Below, one piece after another: positions 17,541-23,816 of a stretch of DNA of 64,000 nt. Below the pieces are notes generated by a model, which saw only the letters and a list, made by a program, of their open reading frames with translations, was not told the origin of the DNA and did no database searches. The DNA lies in the NCBI GenBank assembly GCA_050486305.1, contig JBJHDA010000002.1:10659-74658 (forward strand), given 5' to 3'. How positions within the stretch are numbered: position 1 is the first letter of the stretch; each line of letters begins with the position of its first letter. Origin of the DNA: Candidatus Saccharimonadota bacterium (GTDB lineage Bacteria > Patescibacteriota > Saccharimonadia > Saccharimonadales > SLHW01). The translations under genes were made by a program, and so were the position numbers.

Positions 17541-17563
17541 TAAACCCGAGCACGAGGCTCGGG
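17541..17563 (-). terminator. Hairpin terminator downstream of tRNA-Ser(UGA); copy A of a duplicated ~60-nt element
   Basis: Read on the minus strand: cccgagc-ctcgt-gctcggg followed by ttt. A second hairpin gctttct-tgcc-agaaagc lies at 17523-17540. A near-identical element lies at 17813-17853. Confidence 0.5.
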
Positions 17564-17573
17564 CTTACCTTCC

Positions 17574-17663
17574 TGGCGGAAGGGGTGGGATTCGAACCCA
17601 CGGTACCGTTTCCGGCACGCTTGTTTTCAAGACAAGTACCATAAACCACTCGGTCACCCTTCC
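17574..17663 (-). tRNA. tRNA-Ser (anticodon UGA), type II with long variable arm, CCA encoded
   Basis: Reverse complement is GGAAGGGTGACCGAGTGG...CTTGT-CTTGAAA-ACAAG...GGTTCGAATCCCACCCCTTCCGCCA. Anticodon loop CTTGAAA gives anticodon TGA. Confidence 0.8.
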
Positions 17664-17812
17664 AACAGGTTGTGATTATAGCAAAGATATAGAAAATGCC
17701 GAACGAATTGATGCCCGTATTGCGTGAAAATTCGCCAGTTTTTTGTAGAGGAGATAGGGGTGCGCTTCACTTGCACGGAACTCGCTTATCGAACCTGAGA
17801 GCCGAATCACCA

Positions 17813-17882
17813 GCTTTCTGACGAGAAAGCTAAACCCGAGCACAAGGCTCGGGTCTATATCTTCCTGGCGGAGAGAGAGGGA
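17813..17882 (-). repeat. Duplicate of the tRNA-Ser downstream terminator element (copy B) fused to a 17-nt 3' fragment of a tRNA-Ser(GCU)-like gene (tRNA remnant)
   Basis: 17813-17853 is ~95% identical to 17523-17563. 17866-17882 (tggcggagagagaggga) is identical to the 3' end of the intact tRNA-Ser(GCU) at 18038-18054, then diverges with no T-arm. Confidence 0.6.
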
Positions 17883-18008
17883 TGACATCGTTGCCACTGC
17901 ACTGATGCTCGGAGCAAGCTCCTGTGCGTCAGTTTGTGTCACCGAACGCCTCGCTACTATTTTGCTTGCGCAAAATATACTCGGGTTCAAATCCCTCAAC
18001 AAGACAAA

Positions 18009-18028
18009 AAGACCGACGCTTGCCGGTC
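18009..18028. terminator. Bidirectional hairpin terminator downstream of tRNA-Ser(GCU)
   Basis: agaccg-acgcttgc-cggtct is flanked by an A-tract and a T-tract. Confidence 0.55.
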
Positions 18029-18037
18029 TTTTTGTCT

Positions 18038-18130
18038 TGGCGGAGAGAGAGGGATTCGAACCCTCGCGGGAGCTTGCGCCCCCCTACAGCTTTAGCAAAG
18101 CCGCCCCTTCAGCCACTTGGGTACCTCTCC
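18038..18130 (-). tRNA. tRNA-Ser (anticodon GCU), type II, CCA encoded
   Basis: Reverse complement is GGAGAGGTACCCAAGTGGCTGAAGGGGCGGCTTTGCTAAAGCTG...GGGTTCGAATCCCTCTCTCTCCGCCA. Anticodon loop TTGCTAA gives anticodon GCT. Confidence 0.8.
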
Positions 18131-18376
18131 TCGTCACAATCTGCTCCGAGCTTACCAGAAAACTTTTCAAAACAAGTTTCAAAAGTTGTCAGGTAAGCTC
18201 TAGCGGCAGTTGCTCCTCTCAATTGCCCAAACAGGCAAGCCTTGGTTTGGTCAATTGGCTCGAACTCAGCTGATGCTCGTTGATTGTAACAGATGTAGAT
18301 TATAACAAACAATTTACGGGAACGCGATAAGTCGCCGGTTGTTTCTTGTTGTGGCTATTTCCGCTACAATAAACAT

Positions 18377-18928
18377 ATGCAGGAAGACAATTCGTTTAAC
18401 CCATCCCAACAAGATGAAGCTAGCAATGACAGCTCAAGCAACGATCAAGCGCCTCCTGCCCAAAACGACACGGTGCTTATTGAGTGGACGGCGTCTGAGT
18501 ATATTGCGCACCACAAGCCGGCTTCTTGGTATGTATTGCTCGGCTCCATAGTTGCAGTCATATCCATTGCGGTTTATTTGTTAACACAAGATGTTGTTTC
18601 GACGAGTGTCGTGGTGATTGCTGGGGTACTATTTGGTGTTTTTGCACTGCGAAAACCAGAGGTGCGTACGTACCAGCTTAAGACCTCCGGCCTTACCATA
18701 AGTAACAAACATTTCCCTTTTGATTTATTTAAATCGTTTGCAGTTCACGAGGAGCAAGCGCTTCGTTCGATATTTTTGATGCCGATGAAGCGGTTTATGC
18801 CTGGTCTCACCCTGTACTTTCCCCCGGACCAAGAAGAGAAAATCGTAAATGCTTTATCCGACTATCTGCCACTTGAAGATCGCGAGCCGGATGCGATAGA
18901 TAAACTCATGAATAAGATTAGATTCTAA
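18377..18928 (+). CDS. Hypothetical membrane protein (two TM helices, C-terminal PH-like/YdbS-like region)
   Basis: ORF track. TM helices are WYVLLGSIVAVISIAVYLL and VVVIAGVLFGVFAL. Confidence 0.4.
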   Translation: MQEDNSFNPSQQDEASNDSSSNDQAPPAQNDTVLIEWTASEYIAHHKPASWYVLLGSIVAVISIAVYLLTQDVVSTSVVVIAGVLFGVFALRKPEVRTYQLKTSGLTISNKHFPFDLFKSFAVHEEQALRSIFLMPMKRFMPGLTLYFPPDQEEKIVNALSDYLPLEDREPDAIDKLMNKIRF

Positions 18929-18991
18929 AACTTCGCTTGGATTCACCCCTGTTCTGTGCTAGAATCAACCCTGTCCAAAATCGTCCATTAA

Positions 18992-19068
18992 GCACCCGTA
19001 GCTCAGCTGGATAGAGCGTCTGTTTGCGGTACAGGAGGTCGCAGGTTCAAATCCTGCCGGGTGTACCA
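18992..19068 (+). tRNA. tRNA-Arg; anticodon read as GCG (no A34), G1-U72 pair, CCA encoded
   Basis: GCACCCGTAGCTCAGCTGGATAGAGCG-TCTGT-TTGCGGT-ACAGG-AGGTC-GCAGGTTCAAATCCTGC-CGGGTGT-A-CCA. Acceptor and D arms closely resemble bacterial tRNA-Arg. Confidence 0.7.
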
Positions 19069-19322
19069 CGTCGATACCGTACAAAGAGTTTGCTGGTTTT
19101 TCTGCAATCAAGTGACAGAAAAAAGCCACAAACTCTTTTTGATATCTTCTCTTCCGATTCAAGAATCCTCTCTTGAATCGGGCTCCGCAGAAATTTTACT
19201 TGGCTGGCTCCGATAGGAGCCGTGAACTTGCGAAGCAGGTAGTGGAGTGAGGATACGCGCATCCGCCAGCTGGCGGAGAGTATAGAGAGAAAAGACACGA
19301 TGTCATCTTGCCGGGTGTACCA
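19069..19322 (+). repeat. 254-bp hairpin-rich segment bounded by a direct repeat of the tRNA-Arg 3' end (possible relic attachment site or small structured RNA)
   Basis: 19306-19322 (cttgccgggtgtacca) matches the tRNA 3' end 19053-19068 (cctgccgggtgtacca) at 15 of 16 positions. Four strong hairpins lie between them. These include an 11-bp perfect stem ccgattcaaga/tcttgaatcgg at 19154-19181 and the pair aaagagtttg/caaactcttt at 19083-19137. Confidence 0.45.
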
Positions 19323-19336
19323 GGTGCACTTCAAAG

Positions 19337-19361
19337 CCCTTCCCAAAAAAGAAGGGTTTTT
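19337..19361 (+). terminator. Rho-independent terminator
   Basis: cccttc-ccaaaaaa-gaaggg followed by ttttt. Confidence 0.55.
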
Positions 19362-19468
19362 AAATTTAACAGAGCATCCAGCCGGCTTTATCTTTTTGCT
19401 CGTGCTTGCCTATAAAGGCGTAGGTGCGTTTAATTATCTCTAGGTAATTATTAAGGCGGTCAATTCAA

Positions 19469-19990
19469 GTGAACCAAGCGAAGCTCGTTAGAGACAAAAT
19501 TCCTGAAATTATTGAAGCCAACGATGGCAAAGAGCCGTCGTGGCGCTTTGCTGAGAATAATGCCGAACATAGAAGCCTATTGCATGAAAAGCTCAGCGAG
19601 GAGCTTGAGGAATATCAAGCTGCTAAAACGCGGGACGAACGAGTGGAGGAGCTTGCTGATATAACAGAAGTAATCTACAGTTTTGCTACGCTTGAGGATT
19701 ATACGGACTTCCACCTTGAGCATCTGAGCAAAGCACAGAAGGCACACTCGGACGAAATTAGGGATTATTCTCTACGCGGTATTGTGGAGCGTTTTTCTGC
19801 TTTGCAGGCAGCGCTTTCTGACACGCCGAGTTCTAGTGAAAGGCTAGAGAAGCTTGCTGGCCTGCTGAGCTGCACGCATGAATTGTCTGCTCTCGAAGGC
19901 GTCCAAACTCATGAGGTAGAGGAAGTTCGCATGAAGAAACGTGAAGAGCGCGGATCTTTCATCGGTGGCGTTGTGCTGTTGAACTGGTGA
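19469..19990 (+). CDS. MazG-like nucleoside-triphosphate pyrophosphohydrolase family protein (GTG start)
   Basis: Motif LHEKLSEELEEYQAAKTRDERVEELADITEVIYSF matches the EExxE...EELaD pattern of all-alpha NTP-PPases. AAGG lies 13 nt upstream of the GTG. Confidence 0.4.
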   Translation: MNQAKLVRDKIPEIIEANDGKEPSWRFAENNAEHRSLLHEKLSEELEEYQAAKTRDERVEELADITEVIYSFATLEDYTDFHLEHLSKAQKAHSDEIRDYSLRGIVERFSALQAALSDTPSSSERLEKLAGLLSCTHELSALEGVQTHEVEEVRMKKREERGSFIGGVVLLNW

Positions 19991-20030
19991 CTGTTCGGGG
20001 TTAGAATTTAAGCGTTCGACACATGGACAT

Positions 20031-20122
20031 GGAGGAGTGGCCGAGCGGTTGAAGGCGCACGACTCGAAATCGTGTATGCGGGGCAACTCGTATCCAGGGT
20101 TCGAATCCCTGCTCCTCCGCCA
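20031..20122 (+). tRNA. tRNA-Ser (anticodon CGA), type II, CCA encoded
   Basis: GGAGGAGTGGCCGAGCGGTTGAAGGCG-CACGA-CTCGAAA-TCGTG-long variable arm-GGGTTCGAATCCCTGCTCCTCCGCCA. Confidence 0.8.
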
Positions 20123-20189
20123 TCCTGCGTCGTCCGCCCAAGGCGGACTATGAAGGATTGTCAGGAGAGGAGCGGTCACGGCTTTACAG

Positions 20190-20741
20190 CTAAGGTTCTG
20201 CTACCACGAAGCGCGGGTGTAGTTCCGCTAGCTTTGCAGCCTCGATAGCTTCCTTGTTCGCAGGTACGAAAAACTCATCGTCGTGCAGCTGCTTCAGGGC
20301 TTCAAGTTCGTATATTCCGATTGTGCTGTCCGCGTCTATGCCGGCATAATGTATCGGATTGTCATGTGCTTCAAGCGGGTTTTGTAGCTGTTCTGCCGAA
20401 CTAAAGCAGTAATAGACTTTTCCGTTGATACCTTCGATTATTCCGTGGTATTCCGAGTGCTGTTCGTCGAAAATCGTATCATCGGCAAACAGAGGCCCAG
20501 AGTCAATATCTAAATCAAACTCTTCTTGTGGTAATTTTTCGTGTGCGCCTGCTTGCGTATAGCCGCTAAACATAACACTGTCCGGCGATCGGCTAAGCTC
20601 TTCAGTAACGAATCGCAATAGCCACTGGCCGATTTTCTGAACGTGCCGCTCCGGCACTCCAATATCACCCTCAAGAGCTATTTTTTCTTCCTGGCTAATC
20701 TCAAAGACTTCAGCAGACGATACTCGTATAAACTCGCTCAT
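20190..20741 (-). CDS. Hypothetical acidic protein
   Basis: ORF track only; no recognisable motif. Confidence 0.35.
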   Translation of the reverse strand: MSEFIRVSSAEVFEISQEEKIALEGDIGVPERHVQKIGQWLLRFVTEELSRSPDSVMFSGYTQAGAHEKLPQEEFDLDIDSGPLFADDTIFDEQHSEYHGIIEGINGKVYYCFSSAEQLQNPLEAHDNPIHYAGIDADSTIGIYELEALKQLHDDEFFVPANKEAIEAAKLAELHPRFVVAEP

Positions 20742-20819
20742 ACTTAATATGTATTTAACGATGATTACTACATAAAAGCAATGTGAGCACTCGGAAGTAT
20801 ATCAGCAAACACGGTGAAG

Positions 20820-21797
20820 CTATTTGTGCTTCTTTTTCCGAACAATTGTCCTAATAATAAACCCGCCCAACAAAATGATTACTCCGAAAATACCGGCAAT
20901 AATTGCTGCGTCATCAATCAGCAGATAAAGCGCATCAACTAGTGCGGCTTGAAGTGCTGTTCCCTGCTCTATTGCAAAAACCGACCGCGCAAATAGTGCG
21001 GCCGAGCCTGCCAAAATCAAGATGAGTGCTCCGGCAAGCAGGTAGTGATTGCCTGCTCTGCGAACACCCTTCCGTTTAGTTGCGCTCAGAGCGATAATAG
21101 CCAAAGACAAAAACAGTACACCAGCCACTAATGGCCAAAACGCTTTCCGGAGCCATTGAAATGTTTTTGGCAGTACCGAGTCTTCATCGGAAGCACCCGT
21201 CTCATTAATGATATCGCCTGAAGAAATCGCTATGTCTCCCAGTGGTTCACCTGACCTGAATAATTCCTCGGCGTATGCCTGTGCGAACTGATCGGTATCG
21301 GCTCCAGGGGGGACGCAGGTAAGCCCCCATGGATTATCAGCTTGTGTTGCCTGGGCTGCTGTTGTGCAAGCAGGTAAGTCGTCAAGATGTGCACGGGCTT
21401 CTTCCGTAATAATCTCCTTGAACGACCCCTCTGCTTCGCTGAAATCTATCGAAAAATGGAGTGCAGCCGTCTCGCCGTTTAGCCAAGCGTATGTACTGTC
21501 CAGGGCTGACTCTATCTGCGCCTGTACCACATCAACAGTTAATGCTTGGCGCGTAATTCTATCGGCTGTCTCTTCTTCAAGACCCGGGATTTCATTTGCT
21601 TGTTTGCTGAACCGCTTGGAGGTCTCCTCGACCAAGGCGTCATAAACACCAGCTTCTGTAAGGTTTGCTTTCATCGGCTCAGGTGTCTCAAGCACATGCG
21701 TAAATACGGTAGTAATAAGCAGAAGAAAGATTGTGAGCTGCAGGAGGATAGCGCACAAGGCAATGCCGAAGATTTTCAGTAAAGACATAAACATCAT
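20820..21797 (-). CDS. Hypothetical integral membrane protein (TM helices at both ends)
   Basis: ORF track gives 20820..21884. That upstream portion would overlap the divergent HIT gene, so the start is more likely at the MMFMSLLK methionines (21797/21794/21788). Confidence 0.4.
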   Translation of the reverse strand: MMFMSLLKIFGIALCAILLQLTIFLLLITTVFTHVLETPEPMKANLTEAGVYDALVEETSKRFSKQANEIPGLEEETADRITRQALTVDVVQAQIESALDSTYAWLNGETAALHFSIDFSEAEGSFKEIITEEARAHLDDLPACTTAAQATQADNPWGLTCVPPGADTDQFAQAYAEELFRSGEPLGDIAISSGDIINETGASDEDSVLPKTFQWLRKAFWPLVAGVLFLSLAIIALSATKRKGVRRAGNHYLLAGALILILAGSAALFARSVFAIEQGTALQAALVDALYLLIDDAAIIAGIFGVIILLGGFIIRTIVRKKKHK

Positions 21798-21834
21798 TGT
21801 ACAGCGATATTGCTGTGTGTGGGATAATAGACGC

Positions 21835-22230
21835 ATGGAAGACTCGGTATTCACAAAGATTATTAACGGCGAGCTCCCTGGCAATAAGGTGTATGAGGAC
21901 GAGAGAACAATCGCGATTATACCGCTTCATCCAATTGCCCAGGCACATGTATTAGTGATACCGAAAAAACAAATTGATCAGTTCATCGACCTGCCACAAG
22001 AGGATTACGATGCGGTGATGCGAACCGTGCAGCTTGTAGGTAAGCAAATCATGGAGAAGGTCCGGCCACACCGGGTAGGACTGCAGGTTGTCGGGCTAGA
22101 TGTTCCTCATGCGCACATACATGTTATCGGGTTTAATACCCTCAGTGAATATCGTGAGCAGCCTGATGAATCGCAGCCACCAAACAATGAAAAGCGTGAA
22201 GCGCTCGCTAAATTGCTGGCTTTTTCGTAG
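21835..22230 (+). CDS. HIT-family (histidine triad) nucleotide hydrolase/transferase
   Basis: MEDSVFTKIINGELPGNKVYEDERTIAIIPLHPIAQAHVLVIPKK, plus the histidine triad HAHIHVI. Extended -10 (tgtgggataat) lies 6 nt upstream of the ATG, suggesting a leaderless transcript. Confidence 0.8.
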   Translation: MEDSVFTKIINGELPGNKVYEDERTIAIIPLHPIAQAHVLVIPKKQIDQFIDLPQEDYDAVMRTVQLVGKQIMEKVRPHRVGLQVVGLDVPHAHIHVIGFNTLSEYREQPDESQPPNNEKREALAKLLAFS

Positions 22231-22240
22231 AATAGACAGT

Positions 22241-22414
22241 ATGACAAGTGGCTTAATCGCATTCTTAATGGCAATCGGTACGGCTACCTGGGTGTACCAG
22301 AAGTTTCATAACAGCACGGGCGGCAATACGCAGAACGCGCTTATCGGTGCGGCAGTGGTTGGTGTTCTTGTGTTTGTGCTTGTGTTTACTTTGCTCGGGC
22401 TTATCCCTGAATAA
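22241..22414 (+). CDS. Small hypothetical membrane protein (57 aa, two TM helices)
   Basis: Internal ATG of track ORF 22100..22414; MTSGLIAFLMAIGTATWVY...AAVVGVLVFVLVFTLLGLI. Confidence 0.3.
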   Translation: MTSGLIAFLMAIGTATWVYQKFHNSTGGNTQNALIGAAVVGVLVFVLVFTLLGLIPE

Positions 22415-22475
22415 ACTAGCATCAAACGGCTAGTTTTTACTTGCTTTTTAAAGCGTTAGTAGTACTATAAGGTGT

Positions 22476-23315
22476 ATGAATGAGGAGGCCTTAGGCAAGG
22501 CGTTGCAGGCTGCGCGCAAGGATGCCGGATTAACCCAGCAGGAGCTATGCCAGAAAGCAAAGCTAAGCTATTCGACATTGGCAAAAATTGAGCGCGGCGC
22601 CATAAAAGCACCTTCAATCTTTACGATTCACTCTATCGCCGATGCGCTCAATATGACACTGGGTGAACTGCTCGGCGATATCATGCCGGATAAGCCGCAG
22701 AAAAAGCGTTCAGTAACGGGGATACGGTTTGTTTATTTTGATATCAATGGCTGCCTAGTGCACTTTTATCATCGGGCGTTTACTGCACTTGCTGCTGCAA
22801 CCGGCAAGCCGGCAGACATGATAGAAACGACGTTTTGGCACTATAACGATGTTGTGTGTCGCGGCGAAATGGGGATTGATGAGTTCAACGCAATCTTAAG
22901 CGAGCAGCTGGAGAAGCCAGGGATAGACTGGCGAAAGTACTACCTAGAAGCGGTAGAGCCGATCCAGGAAATGTATGACCTTGTACACTGGGCAGCTGAT
23001 TACTACCACGTGGGCTTGCTGAGCAACATTATGCCCGATCAGATTGCACAAATGCGTGAAAAAAAGCTGCTGCCCGATGTGCAGTACGAGACAATTATTG
23101 ACTCTTCGGAAGTAAAAGCTATTAAGCCAGAGAATCAGATTTTTGAGATTGCAGCAGCAAAAACGGAATTCGACCCGTCTGAGCTACTGCTAATTGATGA
23201 CTCACGAGCCAATATCATGGCCGCAGAGCGGCTTGGCTGGCGTGTGCTGTGGTTTGACGCGTATCGCCCAGCTGAGAGCGTTCAGCGCGTCCGAGACGCC
23301 CTCCGCTTTTCCTAG
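22476..23315 (+). CDS. Fusion protein: N-terminal XRE-family helix-turn-helix domain plus C-terminal HAD-superfamily hydrolase domain
   Basis: HTH region is LTQQELCQKAKLSYSTLAKIERG. HAD region is IRFVYFDINGCLV...LLIDDSRANIMAAERLGWRVLWF. Confidence 0.55.
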   Translation: MNEEALGKALQAARKDAGLTQQELCQKAKLSYSTLAKIERGAIKAPSIFTIHSIADALNMTLGELLGDIMPDKPQKKRSVTGIRFVYFDINGCLVHFYHRAFTALAAATGKPADMIETTFWHYNDVVCRGEMGIDEFNAILSEQLEKPGIDWRKYYLEAVEPIQEMYDLVHWAADYYHVGLLSNIMPDQIAQMREKKLLPDVQYETIIDSSEVKAIKPENQIFEIAAAKTEFDPSELLLIDDSRANIMAAERLGWRVLWFDAYRPAESVQRVRDALRFS

Positions 23316-23816
23316 AACAAATGTGTCGTTTTGCTTGCCCGCCTACCAAGCAGCCGGCGCCGCAATACTTTTTCGTATCACGTTGTTGCAATCTCCAGTA
23401 CTCACTCGACGTATCATAAATACGACTCGTTGCGTGCTTCAACTGCGCCTAGTGCTACGAAATCACATTGATTTTAGAATTCGATATGCACCTCTTAATA
23501 TCATTTAGAAGTTCAGTAATAATTTTTAATTTTATGCGATGTTCATGTTGTCGTACCACCGTACGGTTTATGTCGTTTCTCGTTTCTGCCTTGTACTTAG
23601 TTGTCTCGGATAATTTAGTCTCACGCGCTGCAATGGGCTTTACAGCAGTGCGAGCTATTCAAGTGTCTTAAGAACGGGTTAAATACAGCTCCATTTCGTT
23701 TCTAATAGTGAGACGCCAAACTAACTCCGGGTGCGCACCTCTTATTCAACGGTGTAGTTTTTGTTACCCTAGCGATACCGCTGGGTCAGGCGCAGCTATA
23801 CACCCTGTAGGGCAGA

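Noticed and set aside
17303-18037. tmRNA or another tRNA-like ncRNA suggested by gggttcgactcc (17509-17520) and tggcggagagagaggga (17866-17882)
   Set aside because: Neither site has a complete T-arm plus acceptor plus CCA arrangement, and there is no tag-peptide reading frame of the ..ALAA type. The second site is better explained as a truncated copy of the tRNA-Ser(GCU) 3' end.
20820-21884. Full-length 354-aa version of the membrane protein starting at 21884
   Set aside because: The first 29 codons would overlap the divergently transcribed HIT gene and its promoter. An internal Met cluster (MMFMSLLK) immediately before the first TM helix is the more plausible start.
23194-23671. Small plus-strand ORFs (104 and 67 aa) in the 500-bp gene-free stretch
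   Set aside because: They are Cys/Arg/Ser-rich, have no ribosome-binding site or promoter, and one overlaps the end of the HTH-HAD gene. They are likely spurious, though the region itself is flagged.
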